Shown here: in pieces, positions 53,808-64,000 of the stretch
Layout of the letters: each line of letters begins with the position of its first letter
Numbering within the stretch: the stretch's first letter is position 1
Source of the DNA: a virus
Direction: 5' to 3' (one strand)
IMG/VR virus record: IMGVR_UViG_3300040786_000061
Length of the DNA stretch: 64,000 nucleotides
Translations under genes and position numbers: made by a program
Notes under the pieces: generated by a model
What the model was told of the DNA's origin: nothing
Database searches by the model: none
The model's input: only the letters and a program-made list of their open reading frames with translations

Positions 53808-56800
53808 ATGGCAAATGCATATTCAGTAAAAGTCCTTAACGGTAGATTAGCAGATATAGACGGTAATATATTATTTACCGGTGGCGTAGAAACAGGTTTC
53901 ACTGGCAAAGTTTATGCTATGGACCGGCTCAGGACTAACATATGATATATTCTTTCCTGACTATTACATTAATGGAATTCTCTACATAGGAGGCAAGGAT
54001 AGATTAACTTTGAGTGCTGCCGACCCAACTAACCCTAGATTAGATACTATTGCAGTAGACAGTACAGGAGCTCTGATAATAAAAGGATTAGCGGTTGTAA
54101 ACCCAATAGTTCCAACAATAGATCCAGAAACTCAATTAGAAATAACAACTATTTTAGTAGGTTCAGGAGCAACAACACCAGTTGTCGATACTTTCGAACA
54201 AGTCTATAACGAAAATACAGAGTGGACAACAACCTCTACCGGATCCTTAGTAAACTTTTCAGCAGTAAATAACCCAATAAAAGGAATAGTAAACGCAACA
54301 ATAGGAGCAACACCAGTTAGATATTCACTATACTTTAATAATGGACTTCTAAAAAATATAATTGATTTTACTATATTTAAATTTGACATATACTTTAAGT
54401 CCAACTACGGAAAAATAGTACAATAGAGGTTAATCTTTTAAAAGCAGGAACAGTAGTGGCGACAACTAACATATCTTCTTCTAAAGATTACTTTAGCCCA
54501 GTGACATTTAACCAGTATCAGACCGTAATAACTGACATTTCATCATTTACTGCAACTGATACACAATTTGATACAATAGAAATTAAACTTTTATATAACA
54601 CATCACTAGGCTTTGACTTAGATAATGTAGCTTTAGTTGAGGCGGCATCTTCTATAACACCTAGTCCAGCACAAAGCACATTCACATCAATAGTAACAAA
54701 TAACGGATAGTTAATGCCGAAGCACCAAACGAAACTATAAGTATTTTAGGAACTGGCTCAGTACAAGTAAGTTCAATAGGTAAAGTTATAAACATTGAAG
54801 GACCAACAAACACTTCGGAACTTTTAAATAATGGCTCAGATGGATTGAATCCATTCGCAACTGTTGAGTCAGTAGCTAATAAAAGTTTACAAGATGTTAT
54901 CAATGTTAACAAGGTAGCTGATAGAGTTGATTTTAGAAAGACTTATTATAGTCAAGGTGAATTTGTACCTTCAAATGGGTATTTTGTTGATTTTGAAAAT
55001 GGTTTAAATGGATTTTATGGTAATTTTACATCTTATGATGGGGTAGTAGCTGATTCCATAATAAAATTAAACTTCGATGGTACTATAAGTAATTCTTTTA
55101 CCCAGTACTAACAATGAATAACGGTGTGTTTGGGTCATACTCTTTATTAGAAGAAATTGGTACAGAGAAGCTAATAATAAGTGGTGGACTAACAACGATT
55201 AACGGAGTGCTGATTAACAGAATAGCAAGACTTAATAGTGATGGTAGTGTTGATGCTGGTTTTAATGTAGGGACTGGATTTAATGATTACACTACTGGAC
55301 TTGCATATAATATAGATAACACTAAACTATATATAGGTGGAAATTTTACTCAATTTAATGGGACCTCTAAAATAGAATCGTTAGGTTAAATTTAGATGGT
55401 ACAGTTGATGATTCTTTAATGTAGGCGCAGGATTTACAGGAGGTGTTCTGCAATACTCCCAGCTAATGATGGAGGTGTTTTGTAACATCATACAGTCCAA
55501 CATACAAGGATTTCTAATGGTATCGTAAAGTTATTACCTAATGGAGATATCGATACATCTTTTAATGTAGGCACAGGAATCTCACCACGGCAAACTTTAA
55601 ATACCACTTAATTACAAAAGCACACGATAGTAAACTTTATGTTTACAGCTATGATATGGTTTCTTATAACGGAACAGCCGTAGGTAAAATAGTAAAACTA
55701 AACTTAGATGGCACTATAGACACGTCCTTTGTAACAGGGGTTGGTTTTCTGGGAATACACTTGAAAACCCTGTTGGAACTGGAAGAATAGTTAAAATTTC
55801 AGTGGACACTAATAACAGATTATTAGTTGTTGGTAGTTTTACAACTTACAAGGGTGTTTCCATTTATATGGTACTGCTATAGATGGAACTATAGTATTAA
55901 ATACTGATGGTAGTGTACACGCAGTACCTAAAACATCTAATGACAGCAGCATAGGGCAGAAAATGAACTTCCTAGAGCAGTTAACAAATGGTAAGTATCT
56001 TGGGTTTATTGATGGTAAATTCACTCTTCTTAACGATTTTGGAGCATCATGAAACTTTACTGCATTAACATTTAGTGAAACGACGGAAAAGCAGAATACC
56101 TTGTTGGAGGATTAGCTGAGACTACGCAAAATGAGGTACTGCCAAGAGAGATTGATACAAGAACTTATAACTAATGGAGGTATTACTATTGGATCTAGTA
56201 TAAACAGTATTCAAAAGTTAAGTTCATCTACTTCACTAATAGATAGTAACATTTCAGATAATGGAACTTTAGTAACAATAGGTAACTCTATTAGAGCTAC
56301 AAATTATGGAACAGGGACTAAAACAGGAACTGCTAGCTACGGTTTATCCGTAGATATCAATGGAAATATTATCGAAACTGCTTTAGGTGGAACTACACCT
56401 ACTTTACAACAAGTTGTAACTCAAGGTAATTCAATTTTTACTCAAATTGGTACTAACGGTGTTAATTTACAAGTAAATGAAGCAGGAACTGTAGGTTTGA
56501 ATATAACGTCTACCTTAGGTGGAATAGGTATAAAGTCTTCTTCTACTGGTGGTTCTAGTGGAGCAGAATTTACTAATTCAGGAGTTAATAGTGGTATAGA
56601 TGTGATAAATACAAGTAGTGGTAATGGTATCTTAATGATAAACCCTGGAACCGGAACAGCATTAAGAATAAGTGGAACTTCTGCGGCTAAATTATTTTCA
56701 GGTAATAATAACTTCTCAGAGACATCATATATCAAGGTAGAATTCAAGGAACATCATTCGTTAAAACAGGTGGATTATCTACTCAGTCATTAATGGCAGA

Positions 56801-57977
56801 TGGAACAACTACAATAATAGCAGTTTCAACTGCGTCAAATGGTTTAACTAAGACTGTTAATAATATAAAACTAGGTGGTGTAATGACCGACTCGACTACT
56901 AATATAGGAGCACCTGGAATACTAAGTTTTAACTTTGCATATGGAACTAATATAGGAATTATAAATCTCCCGGCTACAAAGAAGGTACTACTATAACTAC
57001 TGCAATGCCTTTATGGGACTCGACGGGTATCACTTCTACTGGAGTTAAAACATACTTTGATATTAAATCTGAACATTATGGTAGTGGAGCAGGAGAAGCA
57101 AATCAAGCGACTACTCAAATGGATAATTATGCTTTTAGTAGTGCTACTGAAACTGATGCTCACTTTGCAGTTATAGCAGACAGAAATGGTGCTTTAGATA
57201 ATAGTAAATCTTATGTGTTAACAGAAACTAAATTTAAGAGATTATCTGTTCCATTTGAAAGCCAATCAGGAACTAGACAAGAAACTTATAAAACCGGTGG
57301 TAAACTAGATACTTGGACAGAAGCTTTTGATAGCACTTTAGTAGAGTTCGAACTTCAATTGTTCAACAATCTACACAAAATGGTGCTACCGGAGTGTTAG
57401 GAACAGCAAGTATTTACTTAGAGACACTTAGTGATGCAGGTTATGTTTTGATGAAGTCAAATCTACTCAATTATTGCACAGGGTAGTAGAGAAGTTGGTG
57501 ATAACTCTGTTGGTTCATTAACTAAGTTATTACAAACTAGTAATAATGCTCTGGGTACTAGTAAAATGGAATTTGTAAACAGTAAACCTGGGAGTTTATT
57601 AAGTATAGAAATTCCTTCACTTTTACAGGTACATCTTCTACAACATTACAATTAGTGTTAATGGAACTTTCGCAGATACCGCAGGTAATATTTTACCGTT
57701 GCACTTCAAAAGTTACTGCTAATGGTTATACTGTGCTACCAACAGATGTAAGTTATACCATTTTCTTTAATAGTGTATCTGCGGTAACTGTAACTTTGAA
57801 TACGGGACTACCGCAAACTTTGAGTGTTCTTTTATAACTTAGAGCAGGTACTGTTACTTTGTTTCTGAACAGAAACACTGACACTCAGACGGTACTCAGT
57901 TACTCACTGATAAAGTAGCATCTTTAATAAGGTTCTTAGCAACCACTACTTATAAATTAAAAGGAGAACTAGTATAA
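53808..57977 (+). CDS. large tail-fibre/adhesin-like protein with delta-60 (beta-propeller) repeats
   Basis: 'AADPTNPRLD', repeated 'I.RLN.DG.VD..FNVG.GF', 'TPTLQQV', 'ASNGLT...LGG', C-terminal 'YTVLPTD...VTVTL...LKGELV*'; G/T/S/N-rich; about 10 fragments joined. Confidence 0.75.
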
Positions 57978-58441
57978 TTATAATAATGTTTTTTTAAAAT
58001 CAAATTATGTATGATAGGGTTTTATTACTATAGAATAGTCTTGTTTGTATTTAGGTTTTCGTTTGAAATCTTTTAAGAGTGCTGTGTACTTTGAGAAAGA
58101 AACAACAGAATTTTGAAGTTCAATTTCTCTCGAAATCTTCTTCTGTGATTTTATTAATTGTTCCTTAGTTATTCTACCAATGTTCATATATAATTTATTT
58201 GAGTACAAATATGAATAAATTCTATTATTATGTTCTTTTAAAGTATCACAAAATTCTTTCAATCTTTCTTTTCTAGATTCATTTCTAGGTAATTCTCCAA
58301 GTACACTATAAATTCCTGAAAGACTATTACATTTTTTAAAATTTGTGAAATGTTAGTAACTCTTGATAATTCCCAACTTTCAATAGGTTGATTAAACATA
58401 TTTTTAATTTTATAGATAAAAAAAATTTTGTTTTCTATATT

Positions 58442-58450
58442 TAATATATA
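58442..58450 (+). promoter_or_regulatory. candidate late promoter TAATATATA (representative copy)
   Basis: The same 9-mer precedes the neck, fibre, endonuclease and leader-tagged genes (14518, 19148, 26040, 27129, 53727, 59254, 61441; minus strand 6127, 35381, 44839, 50278). Confidence 0.5.
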
Positions 58451-58469
58451 AAGAAATAATACCTAAAAT

Positions 58470-59256
58470 AATATACCCTATAAATAGATTAGAGAATACG
58501 TTCCTTATCAAGGAGGTCTTACAATAGAAGAATTTATAGATAGAGTATCTTCTGAACTAACTATCTCTTGTGCATTGCCTAAATCATTACCAGATGCAAA
58601 TATACGTCAGATAATAGAAGCAAGAGCTAAGCCTTGGTTTTATAGAACTTATCAAAATGCGGTACAGAAAATATACTTTCTTATAAGAAAAGAAGCATTT
58701 TTCTCTGATGAATTTACTAAGTATAACTATGTTAACGTTCCTTGTGAAATACAATCAGTAACATATCTATATGAAGTAAAAGGCATCTTTATTTCAATTA
58801 GGATTAAACACACCCAATTTATCTGTAGGTGTAACTAACCAGCCATACTTATCAAGTTATGTAACAACCATTGGTGAATTGGGTGTTTATAAAACAATGT
58901 TAGACTCTATGTCTGATATGATGAACCAATTGAATAAATATACACTTAGATATCAATTTAATCAATTAAATCACAGACTACATATACTTACAAACATCAA
59001 ACACGATGTTATAATGGAAGCATATGCTAACATACCAGAAGAAAACTTGTTTAATGATGATTTATTCTTTAAGTATGTTGTTGATGGAGTAAAGTAAATC
59101 TTGGGAATATGTTGGGACTTTATGATTTTACTATGCCAGGTGGTATAAAATTAAATCATGGTAACTTAATATCACAAGGACAAGCAGAAGTAAAGAAGTT
59201 GAAGAAGAAATAAAATCACTTAATGCGAACTCTTGGTTCCTAATGGTGAAAGATAA
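58470..59256 (+). CDS. neck protein (T4 gp13-like)
   Basis: C-terminal 'KY...K..LG..LG.Y...MPGGIKLN...L..QG..E...VEEEI' matches the gp13 tail; start codon not visible. Confidence 0.7.
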
Positions 59257-59267
59257 TATATAAATTT

Positions 59268-59753
59268 ATGAAACATTTAAAAGTTTAACGAGAATAAGAC
59301 TGTAAGGGTATAAGACATCTAAATTGATATTAGACCATGAGTATATAAAAAATTGCTTTATAGAGTTTGTTGATAATCATAAAGTTGAACAAATTCAGAC
59401 TGAGGTTAATGATGATAGTTCTAGAGATGAAAGTGGTTATACCGTTTATAATATAGATGATAAGATTGATTATTCTGTAGATAACACTGAAATTGGTGAT
59501 GTTTTATCTTTCTTTATTATTGATATAAATGGTCCTAGTTTAGAAATAATATCTCATATTCAAGACCAACTACATCAGACAGTCCGTATAGTATAAAGAT
59601 CATATAAAGAATTTAGAGACATCTACCGAGTTTTACCTTGATATTGATAATTCAATTGATAAAGTAATGATAAAATATCCTAATATAAATTATAGAATTG
59701 GTATTTATCAAGATGATGATTATTGCCAAGTAGAATTAGCTTTTACAATTTAG
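59268..59753 (+). CDS. leader-tagged family A protein
   Basis: MKHLK.FNE...YIKNCFIEFVD...EFYLDIDNSIDKVMIKYP. Confidence 0.7.
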
Positions 59754-59773
59754 TATTAAAAAATTAGAATAAA

Positions 59774-60096
59774 ATGAAACATTTAAAAAAGTTTAATGAG
59801 AATGATAATAATTTTATGAAGATATGATAATTACATGTTTTTTCATATGTATTTGATATTGCAAAAAAGCCATGAAATATTTGAGTTCATTAGAATATGA
59901 GGGTAATGAGTACGATTGTTTATGTTGATATTGAACATAACTTTGGGATGTTTCTGATGTTAGCGATTTTAAGAATTACTTGAGTATTATAACTGAGATA
60001 GATGATGCAATAGAAAAACTCAAACAAGTATATAAAGTAGATATAATACAATTTAGTGATAACAAACACATTAATAACAATAAATATAGCAAATAA
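59774..60096 (+). CDS. leader-tagged protein (family A, divergent)
   Basis: MKHLKKFNE...ITCF...EIDDAIEKLKQVY. Confidence 0.55.
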
Positions 60097-60588
60097 ATGA
60101 AATATCTAAAAACATTCGAAGGTAAATCTAACGAGTATCGCATAATGAGTACAACACACAAAAAAATTCTGTGAGGATAATTTAGCATACTTATTAGATA
60201 GTGGATTTATATTAATAGTAGATAGAGATAGTAGAGATAGTAGCAACTATGAAATTGTAATTTTAAAGATAAACCTACTGATACATTTAGTTGGAGTGAT
60301 ATTAAATATGATTTTATTCCATTTTGAAATACTAGATATAGAGTATGATATAATAAGCGTTTCTGGATCTAGCTATAATGGTTATGATAATAGTGGTTAT
60401 GTGAAATTTACAACTAAAAGAAAAACTGGTCCGAATGAGTTTCGTTTTAAAAAAATGATATATTAAATGATAACTTGATTAATAGATATCGTGAAAAGTT
60501 AATAAAACTTGGGATAGAATCGAGTAGTAAAATGAGATATAAGAGATCTATAGATCCAGTATTCGAAAAGATAATAAAAAATTAAATA
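60097..60588 (+). CDS. leader-tagged family B protein
   Basis: MKYLKTFE...FCEDNLAYLLDSGF...FSWSDIKYDFIPF. Confidence 0.65.
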
Positions 60589-60970
60589 ATGAAATATTTA
60601 ACAAAGTTTAATGAGGCAACACAAGCAGAACACTTAAAAGCTATTGATGAAATATCCAATTATGTAGATAATTGTTTTATTGACTTAAAAGATAGTAATA
60701 ACTATTTTGGTGAATCGGTTTATAAGGAACACGTCCGGGTATAGTTGATTATAAAATAATACTACTCCACCTAAAATTGAATTCTATATTTTAGATGGTA
60801 TAGAAGAAAGAGTAGATAAATTGGACAAATTAAAGGAATTTTATTTAGACATTGAAAATGATTGATAAAGTTAAGATCCTAATTTAATATATACCCTTAA
60901 TAAGAGGCCTTTTAACCGATTTAATAAATATGATGGTATAACTATTCTAATTAAATTCTAGAACTAGTGA
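60589..60970 (+). CDS. leader-tagged family A protein
   Basis: MKYLTKFNE...YVDNCFIDLKD...EFYLDIEN..DKVK. Confidence 0.65.
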
Positions 60971-60994
60971 CAAAATAAAAAATAAAAATAAATT

Positions 60995-61454
60995 ATGTTA
61001 GGAAGTAAATCAACCTATTTTTCACAATCATTTGAAAATTAACCGTAGATAGAGCAAAAGTAAACCTTTTATTGCTTTATAAAGGATATAATCAAGAACA
61101 AGTAGATATTTATTTAAAGGCATTTGATTATTTTTCACACTCGAATTTGATGGAGCTACAGTAGTTAAAGACTTGGTAGATATACCAGGACTGGACTTAG
61201 ATGCCATGTTACATGATTATCATTATATATTTTATCGTATAAGTTCGAGTTTTAGTTTAAAATTTAAAGCAGACTGGATATATCAAAAGGACAAGAGCGA
61301 AAAGGTAAAGGACAATATAGCTCTTTCTAGGTTTATAGGATTAACAATAATAGGACTATTTTTAGTACCACTTAGGTATATTATGATAGGTAAACCATCA
61401 GCAGAAAGTAAACAAGGAATTACAAATGATTACATAAAATTAATATATAAATAA
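60995..61454 (+). CDS. DUF1353-like protein with C-terminal TM helix
   Basis: 'FDGAT', 'AMLHDYHY', 'KADWIY'; hydrophobic FIGLTIIGLFLVPL. Confidence 0.6.
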
Positions 61455-61853
61455 TGAAATATTTAAAAAAATATAATGAAAGTGTTGGTACATATTGATT
61501 ATATCAAAAATTGTTTTATTGACCTTATAGATAGTGGTGCAAAAATAAGAGAAGGTAGTGGTGATGAGAGAACAGATGATGGTGGCTATATATGCAGTGT
61601 TTCTATTGAGTTACCCATGCCTACATTTGAAGGAGATGCAATGAGTGTTAAGGAATTTATGGAGTATAATGCGAAATTAAATAAGATATATGAGGATATT
61701 GATTATTCCGTAGAGAAAGTAAACTTGAAACTCGATTATAATAGTTTTATTGAATTAAGTGAAACAAGTAACTTAACAAATACATCATATGATGAAGTAT
61801 TTACATATTTTACTGATATTTATGTAGTATTTATGAAAGAAGAAGAAGAGTAA
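61454..61853 (+). CDS. leader-tagged family A protein
   Basis: MKYLKKYNE...YIKNCFIDLID...IYEDIDYSVEKV. Confidence 0.7.
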
Positions 61854-61897
61854 TGAAACAGTGAGCAGATAAGTATCTGTTGAGATTAAAATAAGAA

Positions 61898-62168
61898 ATG
61901 CATAAAAAATAAATAGATAGTATGAAAAGTTTACAGATAAGATAAACGAATCAAGTGAAGAATTTGATTCAAAAGAATTAGAAATGGGTATTAAGATAGA
62001 AACAGAGCATAATGACATCTACGAATTTCTAATTAGCAAGTTAGAAACTTTGCCTTTAACTGAAAAAAAGAGTTCTATGAAAGAATTGCAAAGTCACATT
62101 TAAGAGAGATACCTGATTATTATACTAGATTAAAAGAAATGGAAGCTGATAGTAAACGAAATCAGTGA
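61898..62168 (+). CDS. DUF5661-like protein
   Basis: 'ELEMGIKIETEH', 'IAKSHLREIPDYYTRLKEME'. Confidence 0.7.
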
Positions 62169-62197
62169 AAAATATGGTCAGTAAAATATAGATAAAT

Positions 62198-62600
62198 ATG
62201 AAACACTTAAAGAAATATAACGAAAGTATACAGATCGATGAATTTAAAGAATATGTTAAAGACTGTTTTATCGAATTTAAAGATGATAGTAAATATAACT
62301 TTTAATAGAAACCTATTATGACATCTGACACTTCTATTATTTCAGATAATGATAATTACCTAGTGGAAATTGAAATAGATACACATCCAACCCATTAGAA
62401 CGTGATAGAAAATATTCTATATCAGGATTAGTTAAATTTAGTAAATCTTAAGCGATTTCTACTTAGACATTGAAAATAGTATCGATAAGGTTAAAATTAA
62501 ATACCCTAATATCTATGCTGAATGTGAAGAACATACTTATAAAGAAGGAAATAAATATTTGATAATTCAACTCAAAATATATAAATGGTTAAATAAATAA
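62198..62600 (+). CDS. leader-tagged family A protein
   Basis: MKHLKKYNE...YVKDCFIEFKDD...DFYLDIENSIDKVKIKYP. Confidence 0.7.
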
Positions 62601-62604
62601 TAAA

Positions 62605-62997
62605 ATGAAACACTTAAAGAAATACAACGAAACCAGACAAGATATAGAACAACTAGATTTTGAATATATTAAGTCATGCTTTATTGAATTTATAGATAAA
62701 GGTGCAATATTTGATGCAAAAAGAAGGTGTTATGGAAGATGATACTTTTGATATATGTGACATATATAAAGGAATATGTAAACCAATTAATATAAAAAAA
62801 AGGTAGTATAATGGGACCAAGCGGACCTGTAAATATTAAAAATTCTATTAAAGAAGTAGACGAAAGGTTAGAAAATTTATTAGATATAGAAAATTCTATA
62901 GAAAAAATAAGATTGAAATATCCTGATAATGTATATATAGAAATTGCAATGGAGGATAATTCAATTGAATTAAGATAATTGCAGATGATTATAATTA
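62605..62997 (+). CDS. leader-tagged family A protein
   Basis: MKHLKKYNE...YIKSCFIEFID...LLDIENSIEKIKLKYP. Confidence 0.7.
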
Positions 62998-63003
62998 ATA
63001 AAT

Positions 63004-63337
63004 ATGAAACACTTAAAGAAATATAACGAGAATAATGAAGAGTCGATTTAGGCTACATCGAAGATTGTTTTGTAGAATTTAAAGATAATCTGAATATGAT
63101 TTTAAATTAAAAAGTGGTAATATTATTAATATCTATATCAGAGCCATTAAAAAATTAAAAAGAACAAACTCTTACCGAAGTGATTAAATATGCTAACTCT
63201 ATAAATAATTTCTATTTAGATATAGAAATTGTATTGATAAGGTTAAAATTAAACACACTAATATTACTACAATTTTAAAGAGGAATTACTTCGTGAGGAA
63301 ACAATCTAGATTTATCTGCATAAGACTAAATAAATAA
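63004..63337 (+). CDS. leader-tagged family A protein
   Basis: MKHLKKYNE...YIEDCFVEFKD...NFYLDIE..IDKVKIK. Confidence 0.7.
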
Positions 63338-63344
63338 ATAAAAT

Positions 63345-63727
63345 ATGAAACACTTAAAGAAATATAACGAGAGTAATGAAGAATCTCGATTTAGGCTACA
63401 TAGAAGATTGTTTTGTAGAATTTAAAGATGATTCAAAATATCAATATGAAATTGAAGAAGATGAACATGCTGAGCCTGGATCATATATTATTGGAATAGG
63501 TGTTAATATATTACCAGGACCACCAGCAATAGAAGAAGAAGTTTCATTGCCGAACTGGTTAAATATGGCAGCTCTATAAATAATTTCTATTTAGATATAG
63601 AAAATATTGATAGGTTAAATTAAAGTACCCTATGATTACTGCAATGTGTGAAGAAGGTTCACATGCTGTTGGTTATAATAGACCTTTAGGTTCCCTATAT
63701 CTGGGTATTTAGATAACTACTTATTAA
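63345..63727 (+). CDS. leader-tagged family A protein
   Basis: MKHLKKYNE...YIEDCFVEFKDD...NFYLDIEN.ID.VK. Confidence 0.7.
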
Positions 63728-64000
63728 ATCTATTAAATGCACTCTGAGATATCTTAACATACTTAGTTTCTCTGTATATTCTAATAAAGTTAAACTATTT
63801 GTATAAGACATAACTGATTTAAATAATCACTGAAATTCTCACACCATCCATGTAAAGTATATTCAACTAAATTATTTAGATATACCTTCACCAGTCTTTA
63901 ACTCAGCTCTATTCCAATCTCGCACTTCTTTGTAGACATACCTATAGTATTTATATAAAGTTACGCCTTCTACATACAACTCTAAAGCGTTATCAACTTT

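Larger units (their letters stand above)
62198..63430 (+). repeat. dispersed direct repeat ATGAAACACTTAAAGAAATA(T/C)AACGA at four consecutive gene starts
   Basis: At 62198, 62605, 63004 and 63345; the last two genes also share about 80 nt of near-identical 5' sequence and the block CTCTATAAATAATTTCTATTTAGATATAGAAA. Confidence 0.9.

Noticed and set aside
62198-63430. 26-nt direct repeats as a CRISPR array or attC-like sites
   Set aside because: Spacing is 340-410 bp, each repeat begins at an ATG and encodes the peptide leader, the repeats are not palindromic, and no cas or integrase gene is present.
59268-63727. Diversity-generating retroelement behind the variable paralogs
   Set aside because: There is no reverse transcriptase in the window, and the differences between copies are not adenine-specific template/variable-repeat substitutions.

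Overview
Very AT-rich, gene-dense segment of a large T4-like (jumbo/huge) myophage. It probably infects a Bacteroidota (Flavobacteria-like) host, judged from TTG-N19-TAnnTTTG promoters. Nearly every gene is broken by single-base indels in homopolymers, consistent with uncorrected long-read error, so I stitched genes across frames by hand and coordinates are approximate. Recognisable genes: MoxR AAA ATPase and a distant DUF2201 VWA/metallopeptidase partner, a degenerate terminase-ATPase paralog, a CAP protein, a receiver domain, three HAD (SAK-type) phosphatases, a 2H phosphoesterase, a CCA-adding enzyme, a T4 Rnl1-like RNA ligase, a Hef-like endonuclease, two DNA methyltransferases, RmlC, a type II topoisomerase subunit, an RNase H/5'-3' exonuclease, NusG, dCMP deaminase, thermonuclease, DnaK/DnaJ/GrpE, two fibre/adhesin-like proteins and a gp13-like neck protein. 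The most unusual structure is two apparently mutually exclusive peptide tags on unrelated proteins. About 24 genes start with an MKHLKKFNE-type leader resembling the T4 capsid-targeting sequence, including a tandem paralog array at 59.3-63.7 kb and the CCA enzyme. About 20 other genes end in an R-[DE]-x-K-[IL]-x-x-[IL]-[IL] tail. I saw no tRNA, rRNA or CRISPR array.
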